DNA of 64,000 bases from Botryllus schlosseri (GCA_051294905.1 CM119378.1:4466001-4530000); one strand, 5' to 3'; positions 38,239-53,900 are shown, counted from the first letter of the stretch. Notes: generated from the sequence alone by a model not told the origin. Numbers and translations: made by a program.

Positions 38239-39845
38239 CCCTAGTTACAGTTGTCCCATAGTTACATTTGTCGCCGGTCTCCCCTACTGCTATTGCAATA
38301 CTGATTTGACGCAACCAATAAATACTCATACAGAAAAAAATGAGGATTTACAATACAATAGTTATACAGTAGATACTGATACCTCATTAGATACCTCGAG
38401 TACTTTTCCATGATCACAGAGTATTGCTTCCTCCAAATAAGAGAAGTCCACCAAAATTTGGTTCATATAAGTGATTTAGCAATGTCTTCATGACACAGAA
38501 CTCATAAAATGTTTGAAGCTGTCCGTCAGCTTCAATTTAATAATTGGCACTAGGATTACTACTAAAATTGGTGAGAGAATAACCATCACCAGATATTGGA
38601 CACAACTATCATCATTTACCCGCACAAATTTGTATATGTACTGTACAATGGCGTATATTGTACAAGCCTCCAACGACAATTCAAACAGAAGCAGAAAGCT
38701 TCTGATTAGCACTAAATTGGAAACACCGAAACACCTTCATCCTTCGAAATGAGATTATTAGGTGACACTGATTACTCTGGGTTCACAATTTATACGGGAT
38801 TTTTCAAGACTTCAGTTACCTGAATTCAATTTCTTTCCTTTGATATCTTCATACTGAGTACATCATTTTGCAGGATAACTGAAATTTGAAATACAATACA
38901 ATTAGCTTCAACAAAGAAAAGCATTGACCCCTCAGTAAAAGTTTACTGTAATGTACTGATAGTGGATAGCATCACTGACCTATCTCGCCACTCCTCTTGA
39001 GAACGAAAACTGAAGGATATTCCAAAAAAAAGAAAACGAATCTTCACAGCGTATTTCTACTGCATCCATCCAGAACGCATACTCCCAAAGCAGAATTGAT
39101 GAGCTTGATAAAGATCATACCAGAATAGATACGCAGTTGTTAACTTTTGCTGCAAAGAAAATATCCAGATGAAAGATCATTCTTCTGGTTTAAAAACATA
39201 ATTACACATCACTACTGTATGTACATCATCCTAATCAGCAATTGCATAATGGAATCTCTTCAAATGTTGTGAGACCTGATTGACTTGATCAAAGGTGAAA
39301 GAATTCTTCGGCTGGGCATATTGCCGACTGAAAATGATTTGGCAGAAGACAGGCCAGAAATAAGATGTAAAGTGTGGATTGAGAAATTTGAATGATATTT
39401 TGACAGCAATCAAGTCTAGTCTCAGATAACAAGCTCTTCAAATCTTATGGATCAGACACGAAATAACCTTCCACCAACTGCAACACGATGCTAAATATCA
39501 CATCCATTTACTTCAATTGGTAATATAATTCTCCATAACAAACAGTACATTAGAAAAACAAGGTGTCATCAACATTACTAACCTTTGTCCATTTAGTAAA
39601 ACCTCCCAATATCAGCAGTTGTTATTACCAAAGCACAAACTTTGAAATGTCAGTCAATTGTCAATTTCCCTCAGCTTATGGCTGTAAGAAAATAATGTTG
39701 CACCCTATCATAGAAGAAAGTCAACCTGATGAAATCAATGAGATGAAAGATCTTCCTTCACTTTTGATTTTATCGAATCAATGACATAAATGTTCCTTGC
39801 AACATTCACTCAATTTTTTCAATGTCTTGTAACGTTAACGGACAC

Positions 39846-39960
39846 GATAGCGAAATGTTGAGGAGTCCAGCTTCTTGATCGGTTGGCTGTCGGTTCAAAT
39901 CCCAGGCCGGGTCAGACCTGATCTGATCAGTAAAACTGGTATCTGTAGCTTCCCGACATT
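39846..39960 (+). mobile_element. tRNA-derived SINE, family A
   Basis: A-box-like TAGCGAAATG and B-box GGTTCAAATCC; matches 27365-27476. Confidence 0.7.
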
Positions 39961-40976
39961 TCCGGGATAGCCTAGCGCGGTGGTGCAAGACTTCGAAAGC
40001 CCTACAAGGCTATATCTATGCCTTACTTGTCCACCGGCATATGCACATCATGCACTCATCGAATGCATCTGCACAGATAGTGTTTATGTATTGTGAATGC
40101 CGCAAAGACATCAAGGACAAAATTATATAACATCTTATTCCTTTGACTATTTGGATTTATCGATTAAAAAAAATAAAAAAGCCAATGGCAGTAAAAACAA
40201 ATACTTCACTAAACAAATCTCTTGCCTCCACATTATCAGTTGAAGAGCTAAAAATAGTCAATCAAGTCTGCACGAAAATGCTGGTTTATCAAGCTTTCAG
40301 CTTATAAGAAATCAGAAAAAGCGTAAAATACATTCCATCTCCAGATTCGCATGCTTATATTGTCGACATTATTACTTCATGGATAACAAAACACGAATTT
40401 AACAGAAATAATTGCAAGTACAAGCAGGTCAAGTGCAGTGAGAAAGCAGGTGGGCCATTGCCTTTTACTGTCAATGTATTTTCACGACCCTACATTGAAA
40501 TGGTACAGAAAATCAAAATATGTTCAGACATAATTTTGTGACAGATTTTATATCCGTTGGGCACAACGATTTGAGTACCCGAATGCAGGTCGAGTTTTTC
40601 CAAAACAAAAAAGACTCTTTCGCATAAACTGAAACATAGTTTCAACACTTCATTTCAACCGTTGGAGCCTTGAAATCTCCGTTAAGAGTATCTTAGCAAC
40701 GAAAAACATGTCACAAACAGCTATGAATATTCAGAGAACAGCGATTTCTGTGTCAAGCAATGATCGACCCTCGCAATGGTCAACAAAGCGCTACGAAATA
40801 GTCATGGTTCAGAAACTCGAAATTATTTTGGATCATTCAGGATCAGGCATCATTTTCCCTATGGCAGCAAAACAATCCGTATTCGAACTTAAAAATCATC
40901 ATACAATTGAACAATACATTCATATTATTGAAATGAACCCGAAAATTTGTGACCAACACTGAAACTGACAAAATAT

Positions 40977-41053
40977 CCTGGTTTATTTCAATATGAAGGG
41001 TGAATGTATTATTTAATTGTATATTGAAGTTCTGTTCTTCTAAGATACTCATT
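40977..41053 (+). mobile_element. 5'-truncated copy of the hammerhead-bearing retroposon
   Basis: ...CCTGGTTTATTTCAATATGAA...AATTGTATATTGAAGTTCTGT; flanked by CAAAATAT at 40969-40976 and 41054-41061. Confidence 0.7.
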
Positions 41054-41114
41054 CAAAATATAATATACATATTTTAACTTGAACATCATAATTACTGTTG
41101 TGATGCTATAATAG

Positions 41115-41535
41115 TAGGGTTACCATAAGTCCTCTTTTAAGAAGATTTGTCCTCTTTTTTGACTTTTTTGAAAGCGTCCTCGGAGGACGCCCAAATGTCC
41201 TCGTTTTTGAGATTTTGTCCTCTTGTTTGAGAATTTAGGTCAAATTTACGGCCAAAATCGGCCGAGATGCCGTAAATCAACACCGAAGTAACGCTCAGGC
41301 GGGTATTTCGGGAGCTGAGCCGGAGATGAACTTTTTTTTTTAGTCAACCACTTGAAAATGTGAAGGGAAAATCTGTATTATACAAGCAAGAAAGTTGACC
41401 TTTTTTTTAGTCAACCGACCACGAAGTGAGAAAAATTTGCTATTTTTTCAGGATTTTCCACCGGTTTTACAATTACAAGTCTGCAAATTCTGAAAAAGTG
41501 TCCTCTTTTCAGATTTCCAAAATATGGTAACCATG
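41115..41535. mobile_element. hAT-type MITE with GTCCTC/GAGGAC repeats
   Basis: TAGGGTTACCATA...TATGGTAACCATG; inverted sister copy at 62960-63328. Confidence 0.8.
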
Positions 41536-41993
41536 GTAATAGGCGGGATTCGAATACTCAACTTGGATTCGAATCACTAAGCTACTCCATTTTGCCACAT
41601 TAGTAAATAGTAGCATATTCTTGGAATATTTTTTTACACCAACACAAGAGAACACTGTAAAAACACAGCCGGGCAGACATGCCTAGATTCCATAAGGCCT
41701 CGCGATACTGAAGGTAATTCTACCGACCAACCACAGCCAATTTCGGTTTGAAAACATAATACCAATGAAGCAGCTCGTTGGTATTGCAACAATCAAAATC
41801 ACAGTCTGGGAATTTACACGTAAATATTTCTTTGTCCCAGTATCATAACTGAAGAGGTTTGTATCAGTAGCGTGAGTAGTCTATCTCGGAGTTCACGTTT
41901 CGGCAGTAAGTTCATCATCGACACAAAATGCCGCAGTTCGCGAATACTCAGCAGTGTCTCGCGCACAATCACAGAGAAACGACCGAACGTTCG

Positions 41994-44900
41994 TTATTCC
42001 GACATTCCCAGAATGTGCCGCACGTAGTCCGGCAAATCCTTCTTGCATTCCGACAATTGCAGGTAGGTTCCGTAAGCTTTACGAAGTGTGCGGTCGATGT
42101 CTATCGATCCCGAAAGATCGTTGATGTGCTGTCAAAGGCACCGCATTGATTCAAGTTTTGAAAACGGTAGGTCTAGCACATATCAATGGGACTGCATCCA
42201 AAGTTAATGAAATGGAATGTCGGTTTTACCAGTTCCATACGATGCAGATGGTTGCCAATGAGTTCAGCTCTCGGTGAATTTGGTTTTTAAAACGTAACAA
42301 TAACAACGAATATGATTATGACGGTGATGCATCAATATTGTATTGATAAATTCGAAAATTAATGTTTCACTGAATATGAGAGTGAATTGTGACATACGGC
42401 AATTGGTTCTTGGTATGTATATATTTATGTATTTGGGTTAGGGGTTAGGACAGGTTAGGTTAGGATTAGGGGCCAATACACTGGTAATCATATAGATATC
42501 CTCCATCAGATTTACAACGTGTAGACTGCTGATGAACACAGCAATAGAAAAATAGAGATGGTGGATGTCAATCGATAAAAGTCTTCTAAAATTGTACCGT
42601 ACGGCATCAAAGTGTTGTGTGTAGGCTGCTAGACCAATTTCTCTAGTGCTTTATTGCTTCCAAAACATTCACCCACAAAAATTCAACATTGTTTCTATTT
42701 CAATGTATAGCATAGATTGGTTGGTGGTTAGATCACTTTACTGGCCTCGCAACTGACATGGGTTAGTTCAAATCACAATAGTAACTACCACGCCAATCCC
42801 CAGACACTGACGTCACGTCACAGGCCAGGGAAAATAGGCAGGGTAGCAGCAGAGGGGTGTCCGGCGTAAAACTACAACTAAACTATGATCAGGAACACTG
42901 ATCCACTTCATAGTAAAAGCTGAATGACAAAGAAGACTTTTCGATTTCAATACTATTGCACACTTTTTGACAATGACTGCAGTGAAACTCTTATATTTAT
43001 CAAGAAGATACAAGCTACCACAAACATTCATATTCATTTTGATTGAAATGCAGAAATGAAAAAATTTGAGTTAAATGTTGAAGTCACCTTTAAAATTTCC
43101 GTGAATCCGCAATCAGGTTGCATCAACTGTTCTTTTTCCGTCTCCAAAACGGCGAGGCAGATCAGCAAGTGGAAGTTGTGACAAGGCAAACCGGTCCATA
43201 ATACCTATGAATGTATGTGAAAAATGCGTGTGAAAAAATGGTTGGATGCGCTGAACTCAAATATCATCGACGAAACTATATTTATGGTAGCATGCTTTCG
43301 CTTTCGCATGCTTTGGAACAACTCTTTATAAGACACACCAAGAGAAAGAGCATACCGTATTCACGTTTCATGAAGTACACCACCATGACTACAGGTTGAA
43401 AACATGATGAAACTTTGACATCAAGTGAATGCTTGCTATTTGAATGAAGTGATGAAATCAAGAAATGCTATCGAATGCCGTAAGTACCACTATCAGTTTG
43501 TGGACATATGAGCATATGACACAACAGCATGTGGGTTAAAGTTAAGGTTGGGTTAGGGTAAGACTGAATTTCGGAAATATAAAGTCACATAATAATAATA
43601 AAATGTTAAAATGAAATAATCATGAATAAATAAAATATTAATAGTAAAATTATTATTATATAATTATGAGATTTCTTTGAAGGAGATGGAAACTGAACAT
43701 TACTAATGATTATGGATGATTCCATGGTTCTTCCCAGACAATGCTTATGGTTGGGAGGAGTTAGAATTAGGGCTACCGTATGTGATGTCAAGTTAGGGTT
43801 AGGAGGACCTGCCTTTTAACCTGTACCCTAACCATTGTCTGGAACAATCAATGTACCAGATTAAAATTGAAACAATAATCAAAACCGCAACGACACATTA
43901 CCTCCCACAGAGACTGTATGTCCTCGTACGAAAATTCTCTCTTGAAATGAATCAGCATCCAACGGAAGCAGAAGTAAAGATTGGAAGATTCCTTCGTGTC
44001 GAGATGATCCCAAAGTTCCGGCTCCATAAATTGCAACAAAACTCTCAATTCGCCGAGCTGACGCTTCATACCCGCTTGGTTCGCTTCGAAGTTGTGATGC
44101 TGCAAACGCGATTGTAATGTAAAACTGGAGAATCAGTATCAGTATATCAAGAATTTCATCATTTCAAAACACCACAAGACTGCGATACAATGAAAAGATA
44201 GGAAGGTGTCGAAACGACTTGGAGTAAAGCCTTTGATATCAGACACCCACCTGGCCTAGGCGATGTAAAAAGGAGGCATGTACGCTGAATGAAAAGTAGA
44301 AAAAGAGAATATAAAATAACAAGCGACAAAATGAGGTGGCATGTGACGTTGGTCAAGCAGTCAGCATTGTACAAGTGGAAGCAATGCCGTAAATTTTCAA
44401 TAACCAATCCAATGTCAAACCTTCTTCAAGTGTAAGTAACAAATCAAAGGTTTGAAATGTACTCAAATAAGCAGTTTCCAAGATTTGGTCGAATACTTTT
44501 AGCAGTGGCCATACCCTGATAATCGTGTGATGTATCTTCGCGACTAACGCAAAAGGACTAATGACACTATAAATCAGGGCCGGCCAACCTGCGGCCCGCG
44601 GGCCACATCTGGCCCGCGAGAAGGTTTTGAGTGGCCCGCGAGGTAATTTCCGAAATTTCTAATATCATCAAAATGGATTGCACAGATTGTGAACTTGCAA
44701 GGCCAACCAAAAATTTGATTAGTCTGGGCGCAACACTTGAGATGTGATGACTAAAATATCAGTTCCGAAGCATTGACAGATCCATCAACCATTCACATAT
44801 TGGTAGATCTTTGTACACTACAATAAAGCAGAATAATTTGCGATAAATTTATCAAAGCTAAAAATTTTCTACAAGCTTAGTGCAATATGTTGTCACTCGA

Positions 44901-47900
44901 TTTCTTGTTTTAAATATTGTTGCCAATTTGCGAAAATGGAAGAACACCTAATGTATCAGATTGAGTCGAACTATATTCGCGATTACGAGACAAAGTGTCG
45001 TTCAACATATGCGACCGTGCATTTGCGCTCGCAGTAAGACTGTCGCCTATGAAACGTAGGCACGATATGATTGACGCATGTTGGTCGCAGGTTTCGATTT
45101 CGATATGTCCATGCGCCGAATAGCCCAGTCCTCGCAAACTTAGCCCAGCGATATACAACAGGCCCGCAATATAGTCAAGTGACAATATTATTGACCTATG
45201 AACTTCAAAAAATTTTCGCGCTTGGCGCGGATAGTCCCCGCCCAAAAGTTTGTCAATTGAATGTGGCCCTTTGGCTAAAATGGTTGGCCAGCCCTGCTAT
45301 AAATAGATACAATCTATGAAAATAAAGTCAGTCACAGTGTTACATGGGCTATTTCATACAGTTTTTATGACAAATTCACAGCATAAGCACAGTCTTTACG
45401 ATCAAAGCAGAACAACTGTGCTTTTCAAAATTAAAAGTGCAGTAAAAAAGTAATTTAATTGAAAGTTCAAGTAGGAGTGGAATTAGTCTAAAAACATGAT
45501 AACCCCTCGAGTATGTAGTGGGAGTATACAAAATCCACCTGAGAACCCCCCAAAAGTAGCAAGACTACATTATTGAACACATCTGCATGAAAACAAATCA
45601 ACTGTACGTAAAAACTACCCTCCAGCTCTGTCTTGGAGCTGAACATTAACATAGGATTGTGTATTGCAAGTATGCAGAAGCAAAACCAACTTCACTCATA
45701 CCGTACAGCATTAAATCTTACCACGAGATCCATATATCCCACGAAACACCAAAATGCATCGACTTCGTTTTCCATGACTTCCAGTATCGGCGACAGAAGG
45801 TCACTCATTCCCTGAACGTAACCTGAAAGTGGAACATTTACAGGATTCCGTATTTTCAATTCACCAGAATGGCACATACAATGATGGTATTTGTAATGAC
45901 ATAGACTCAATTGAACATAGAGGAACAGGGTTTTACAACCAGATAGATTGCCAGGACAATCGGGGTTATGGGAATATCTATTTCAATATATCATATAATA
46001 CTTATTCTTCACTAATTACTCAAGTTCTTGCGCTTTGAGACTGCTTCCTTTTCTACCACAGTTTTCAGGCAAAACTTCTCACTTCTCGCAATTTGGATAT
46101 TGAAAAGTAGCAGATTTGGGACAAGTTTGCAGCATTTTTATCAGTGATATTGTCATAAGAACCGCATCAAATCCATAAATCACATTAACTTAATTCTGAA
46201 TATATTTGAAGAGTTTCTTGTAGATACAGAATTTCACTACACAATTGTATAGAATATTCATATTGACATGAACCCATGGATTTTCGACTGACACTCGTAG
46301 GCAATTAGTAGAGAGTTGGAAAGAAAATTGCATATCAACCATCGTATCACACAATATGAATATGAATCTGTATTTGCAGATTCTACCTCTCTGTAGTGTC
46401 GTTAGTCATTTTATGACGGTGGCAAAGATACGTTACAGAATTTTGAATGTAGCCATCTACGAATAACTTTTTGAAACTACTTGCTTTTCAGATATATCAT
46501 TTTCAGTTTACACTCTTATGAGTCTTTGCTAAATTTAATCGATTATTTTGAATTGTTGATCAAATTTATATACTGGTGGCGCAAAAGACATGATTTTATT
46601 CATTAATAAAAATAATAATAATTAATCTCACATAGTCAAAACCTAAGTTAAAATCATTGTCTGCTTATATTTATTGATTTAGGCCATACTAAATCAGAAA
46701 ATACGAGATTTAACTCATGAAAACATTTTGCGTTACATGGTGTTACAATAAAGAAAACGCACTGATTCATAATGCTCGGAGATCAAGTTGGTAAACGCCA
46801 CCACATTATGATTGAATAAACGAATCAGCATTCAAAATCAAGTTCACTGCAGTGTACGGAGTACCGATGGTTCAGTGGACGGTCCAGCAATGCAGTAAAT
46901 ATAGCCAAGAACATCTAATAAGCTCAGAGGTTGAACGGCTTATTGATTAGCATGCTATAGTAACAAGTTAGTCAACTTATCATAAAAGCATCACACGTAA
47001 AGGGCTTCTGCGGAAATGAAATCATTTCATGTAAATCAAAAACCTGAACGACAGTAACCTGTGCATTACGTATCTGATTAACATCTAACATGAAACACAT
47101 CCGCAAAGCTATCGATCTTACCGAGATCAAAATTGTGCATGCAGTACGTCTTGAGTATATCCGACAGCAGCCTCAAGCCGAGATTATCGTCGTCTTTATA
47201 GAACGTCCTCGTCCTGTCCGTTCTGATCACGTCTTTTTCAATCAGACATATCCTTTCCCTGCAATAACCAGCAGCAGTCAACATCGCTATTCGATAACAC
47301 GGCAGCAAAAAACGTACCTTAATGTCGAAAATCTTTTCAGCTGATCGGCGTTGATGGATTTCCATTGCATTTTCATCCGATAATAATCTTCCCTGAGACA
47401 GAAATTGTCGATATTGACATGTTTGGTGATACGATTGTTGACATACGATGTTCTTTCCAATTCTCTACTAGTTGCTGACGATTACCCCTGACGAGTGTCA
47501 GCCGAAAATATCCAGGTTTGTATATTGACAACTGTTTGCATGGTAATCGTGACAATTCAACATCCCAACGTCAAAATTGGTACCGTTTTGATTTGTTAAC
47601 AACTGGTAATAATTGAGAAGCCGAGTGATTTGATTTTGAATAAAGTACGGTGTTACACTTCTAGTCGCGTATTCGGTTATAACTTATTATGTCGTCACAA
47701 CAGTATGGATTATGTGCAAAGTTGCAAATATGTCACTTTCATGCTACCAGAAAGAATACAATGCCAACTCTACATCACAATAAATATTATTTGGCAATGG
47801 CATTATTCCGACCATACCTATTTCATTGTACTTTGTGACAACACTGTGGGTCAATCACGAGTCACGACATCACAGATATGACACTCACACTAGTGTGCGT

Positions 47901-50900
47901 AGATTTGCGGGAAAGAGGAAGGTAAGATGAGACATTTTTGCATATTTCAACGCCACTTAGAGAGAGATGCTTTGTGAGCTTAAACTTTGGTATCAATGGA
48001 TGTTTATACCTATGTTTTGAGTTATAATGATCAACGTCAGGGTCGTAACCAAGTCACAAGGTTCCGAGTCACAAGTCAATCCATCTTTTATAGACCTGAC
48101 TCGAGTCAAGTCGAGTCAAGTCATTTTCAATTCACCACCGAATCAAATCCAAGTCCAAGTCAGCTAGTGAAGGGTCGAGTCCGAGTCATAGCATTTTGAC
48201 TCGTGTCCGTGTCCAAGTCATTATGTTCACTGTTCAGTTTTCAGTTCAATTCAACCCACATTCTCCAACTATGCTCGAGTGATATAGAATGGCTCGCATT
48301 CATAATATCGTAATTTTCCTCAAGTCTTAACAATTACTGGCCCTATTTTTCAAGTATCAGGACTGACAGACGAAATACCAATGACGTGGTAGCTTTACTA
48401 TTCTTAAAAGTCACAATGAAAGGTCTGTCTTGGCCGTCCTGGTCTCTAGTCACATGACTTGGTTCGAGCCATGCTCAATGACTCGAGTACAAGTCGAGTC
48501 AACACAAAAATTGACTCGAGTCGAGTCATATAGTCGAGTCACTGGAATCATTGTGCCTAAGCTTTGAGGCCAAAAACCCGGGATAAATAATGTCAATGTT
48601 TCGATGAAAAAGACTGCAAATCGCCAACGAGAAACGATCAAAATTCTCACTCTTTTTCTTTTCTCCTCCTCAAAAGTTCTTCCGACGTCATACCCCATTC
48701 GTAATACTTGAGCAAATACTTCCACAGCTCCTTACGCAGTTCCGAATCGATACCCTAAATTTGTAATATGTCAGGGGGGAGCGTCAGTGACTAGGACAGT
48801 GTACCAGTTGTATCACCAAATAGGTTCCTATGACATATCATCACTGCCATACAAATTTGAATAATCAAGGCGACCAGAAGCTCAATAATATGCCACAAAT
48901 TCCATAACACACATCATCTCCAAAACACACAGGCCACCACGCGACTACAAATTAGACTTAGAGACTCACCCCGCTGAAAATTGCAAATTTCAGCTCGTCG
49001 ACGCGTAAAATCCTGCCCTCCAGATCTTTGTGTGTGTCTAGTACAGCGCTCGTGACAGGTGGGCCCCGCGGATCTTCAGATCGCGGTCCTAGTTGAGCCT
49101 GAAATCATATAGATGTTACGTATGGTGACCATATTTTGAGATTGGGAAACGAGGACACTTTTACACACTATTCAAAACTTACTGAAGCGGAAGAGTTGAA
49201 TAGTAGGCTATATCACATTTCTTGGAGGTACAGAACTTCAATATACAGTTGACTATTGAGGTTCTGTACCTCCAAGAAAGCTCTTTGAAGCGGAATAGAA
49301 AACCACATTTATACAACCAATTTTATTGGGTTGACTAGAAAAAAGAGGACGGTTTTCCGATTTGATTCCCGAAATACCCGCTTCCACCTTATATTATGAG
49401 TGTTGACTAAAAAACGGACATTTTCAGATCCAAAACCCGGGTAACCCGTCATCTTTTTGGGCATCTTAGGCTAAAACAGAGGGCAATCTGTCAGAAAGGA
49501 GGATCTATGATCTGTTATGTCACATTTCTCTTATTCGTTCGAAAATTTACTCATAATGCAAAGTCTAACACAAAGGTTAGCGAATATTTAATTTGAAGTA
49601 AGCCGCCACGATACCCTTCAGCAACAGGGACATTGTTAAGGTGACAACATTCTACAATTGTACAGAGGTGGTCAAATTGGGTTTTGAGTTGAAAGCAGGA
49701 GTGACCGTAGAAGTAGTGATTTCCAAGTAAAAGTTTCTTCTTCTAAACCTAATTTTGGTAAAAAACTGAAAACTGAAGTAGAAATCGTTCAAAAGCATAA
49801 CCATTAGGAAAAGTAATGTAAGAAGGCAAAACCTACATGAGTACTTAAAAAGCAGCCTACTTCCTTACTGACCACCTCTGGAAATGTACGAATATATCCT
49901 GCACTGTTCACAGAGATAGTTGTTGAATAGTATATGCAATTGTATATTGAAGTTCTGTACCTCAAGAAGCTTTTCAGAGATAGTTGTGTGTGCATTGTAT
50001 CACTCAACTTTCTACTACCAAGTAACTCACGCAAGTTATCACTTCGAACCCGTTGTTTTGCTTTTCGTGGTGACTGATCTGAATCCGGCTGGAACCCGCC
50101 TCCACCGATTCGTCCTGCACCACGTCTGCCGTCTCCCAAGTCGGCCTGTTCTGATTCTCGGCACTGACAAACATGTCTTGGATGAAGTTTGTCACTTTGG
50201 AAAACGAACGAAGCGCGAAGCCCGAAGGATCCTAAATGAAAGGATTACTAGAGCCTGCCCGGTAATATCAAGTCTATAGCACACTTTGAAAGAAAGATCG
50301 GTATGGACCATTAGAAGTAAAATAAATATCAACAATTTCAGTCATGCTACACCACTGTCGTGCTAAGTCAGAGCAATTCAATCTGCGACGAATATGCTGG
50401 AAACATTGGAATATTTCTCATAGCTTACAGGTGCCCAGATGCGACTATTTCGTGTCCGAGGGTGGCAATAGATGTAGAGCTGTTCAAATACACGCTTCAA
50501 AGTGATGGAAACGCGTCTCAAGCTAGATGCTGTATCTTTTCAATATCGGCTGAATACACCACGGTTTTCGTGGAATAGGACGTTATATATCTTTGTCCTT
50601 AACGTTCTCCGACTCATGATATACATATTACATACACACGATTTGCGCATATGCCTACCACGAGTGCATGCGAAAGGTGCTAGTCATCTGTTTTATAAGC
50701 ATGGGCTCAAAAATCAGATGTTGTCCTGGGGGTCCAGGCTCTCAGTGACTATGTTTGTTAGCGAATAAACAACGCCTAAACTGGAACGTAAAAAACTACC
50801 ACAATACCTGTAGTGCTCTTCCGTCGCCAATGCGAGCGTTGTCGCCTCCGAATAACTGCAGTTCGTCAAAAGACCGCGTCATAGCGTTGTCGTCATCGTG

Positions 50901-53900
50901 TGACAATCGGAACGTATTCGGATCGGTAGAGGAACTTTGTAAAAGAAATTCGCATTAGCATCAACGCCAGTATGTTTTCTTAGATAAGTGCATAAATTGA
51001 TGCCAGAGCTGGCCAAAATCCAGTAGATTCCATTCTGATTCTAGTGTTAGGCTGTAAGTCAATCCGGGTATCGAATTCAAACGTGTAGGCCTACATTTTC
51101 AGGTGACAACAAAGTAAATAATGCAAGTTCTAGATCACGTTAAAGATAAGTCGCTATTTTTCAAACTATACTTAGATTTCATTGGACTTTGTGACGATGT
51201 TGTTGGGTTGACAATATATGACATCTCAAATGCGTTACATGATTCATATGCTGTAATACTAGCAATCGTGTTTTCAAGGTTTCCACAGAGGGAGAACAGA
51301 ATACAAACTATAATTCTCCTTGATAAATTAACTTCAAGTGGGAAGGAGCATACAATTCCAGTACTCAATAGAATTATCAAGACTCAACGCGAATCATTAC
51401 AATAAATACTCGATTCAGATTTGCGAGTACTCTAATCCTCGTGCCCAACCCTAACAACAACCATCCGCAATACTCACGGCAGCATATAACAGTACGTCTT
51501 CAACTTTTTGATGAATCGCTTACACCCTTTACGATGAAAATGGAACGTGGGCAGCTGCGTGCCGTCCTTCCGCCATATTGTGACGTTCGGCCACGCCAAG
51601 CCTTTCCTTGACCTACAACAAAAGTGACGTGCAGACTATCCAACTGAATCACTTCAGAATGCCATCTACTATCCTACATTAGTGATTCCCTGCATTTTTA
51701 AAATATACATTTGAATAATATATAGGCTACATTGGAATATACTCCAATATTTTCGGCTGAACAGAAGTGGAAAGAACATTGTAACATGTAGGCCTACATC
51801 AACAATTTTCTTTCAAGTTCTCTACTAGTTGCTAACGATGACCTCTGACGAGTGTCAGCCGAAAATATTCGGGTTTATTTCAATATGAATATATTATTCA
51901 ATTGTATATTGAAGTTCTGTGCCTCCATGAAGCTCTACATTTTGTTACTCGTGTAGATCTACTATTTTATGCTTTTGTTGCAAAATTTTACCAAGTAGGA
52001 GGTCAAAGCCGTCATCGTTAGTGCTCAATTAGAAGTATAGAGACGTCAGAACAAGCACGCAACTGAATTACTTCGTTACTGACCATGTCTGGTTATATCT
52101 GACTAGAAAAGGGGCTTCAAATGCGTTGTAGTGGTTTTCAACTTGGCAGTTATCGCAGTAATACAGTCTGAGCATCACTGACATGACATAATCTATTAGT
52201 TAAGTGACATGATTTGGAAAATTGATCATCATCACAACCACTATTACTCATCAAGTGAAACTTATTCGTACCGCTGTGTTGAACATAAGTAGGCCTTAGT
52301 CAGGTCATGTTATTATCTTTCATCGATATTGAATTGTCGAATAGATAAGTCACTGTCGATAGCTTGATCCCTAACATATTCACAAATGTCTGATGCGCGA
52401 TACATCATTTCAGAAATCCAGCATTAGAGTTGCGTGCGATTTCAATGTGTATAGGGAACTATGATACATAGCAATGACCATTAGTTTAATCATTTACCAA
52501 CAAATGGATAAATGAACGATATCTGACGCAAGGGACTATGCAGTTTTATGACCACTAATTTCCTTACCAACCCAATTGGGGTAAGTCAACTTTGAATAAG
52601 TCGGTGTTTGTAGGAGCAAACACTACCAGGCTTTGAGTCACCACAAGTACCAAGTAATTATACAGTCAACGATAAGAAGTGTTAGTGGTTAATACTCTAA
52701 TATTTGTTGGATATATAATTTAAGCATGTGGATATCATGGCAGCTCATGTCAGTTTTACACATTTTGAGAGAAATGTGTTTTTGTAAGTTTGATAATCTC
52801 AAAATTTGAAGCTACTGGACCTTGCAGTTAGTCACAATTCTTTGGCATACCTTCCACATTTGGCAACACGAAGTATTGAAGTCAAAGAAAACATTGTTAC
52901 CGTTTCACAAAATCCAGCAGCACCAAATCAACTGAGATGTTGTATTTGGTTGCATTTTCATCCGCCCCTTCCGCTTCGGACGAAAGGGATCCCCGATTCA
53001 TCTGCTTCCCGTTTTGATCCACTTTCAGAAAGGCAACCATCTGGTCGTTGTCACTCACGAGGGTCCATTCGGGGTCGATAGACTGATATTCCGAAGTCGA
53101 AGTGTTCAATTCTCTGCCCCGTTAAGGAAATAAGATCACTAAACATCTTGATATCATGAATAGACAGTGTTCTTTTCGGTTGCAGACACAAATATGAAAA
53201 AGTTCAGCCAGTAGACTTAAACCTGTACATTGTATAGCAAGCATAACTAATTTTCACAGCGTAGTTTTCTACAAGCCTACTGTTAATTTAAGATAAAACT
53301 TTCAAAATTTATTACAATCATGGCTACATACTTTCGCAATCCGCATAGCCTATTTACAGGTCATATAAAACAGTCATCAGTTTTGATGGCCAAATAGCTT
53401 TGGAAAATTATTCCACTTAATTCACTGCTGTGATGATCCCGTTGTATTCACTTCTATTAGCTGGATATGAAGGCTCATTCAACATGTAATTCAGTATCAG
53501 TATTGAGGGTCTAATTGAAAGCACTGATCGTTATATCAAAGTTCGGTTAAATTTGTCGGATTCAAAATCACTGCATAGTGCATAACATCACATATGCATA
53601 ACATCACAAGATTGCAATGCAATGAAGACATACGAAGGATCAGAAGTGACTTGGTTTGTCTGCATATAATAATAAATATGAGCCAAGTACATGCAGTTGT
53701 ACATTTTGCACACTGAATGAATGTGCGAAATGAATGAATGCATAATCAAATCTAAAGTCACATTCTTCTTATAGATGTGAATTATCCATGAAGAAAGATT
53801 ACTGGCATTTTGGGATGACAAATTCTAAACATCATATTTCTGGAGATGCCAGCCATCACATTTACATAACCGGTTTCCAAGAGTATGTCTAACACGATAA

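Noticed and set aside
39725..39760. CTGATGA...GAAAGATC as a hammerhead
   Set aside because: Stems I and II do not pair convincingly and the sequence is single-copy here.
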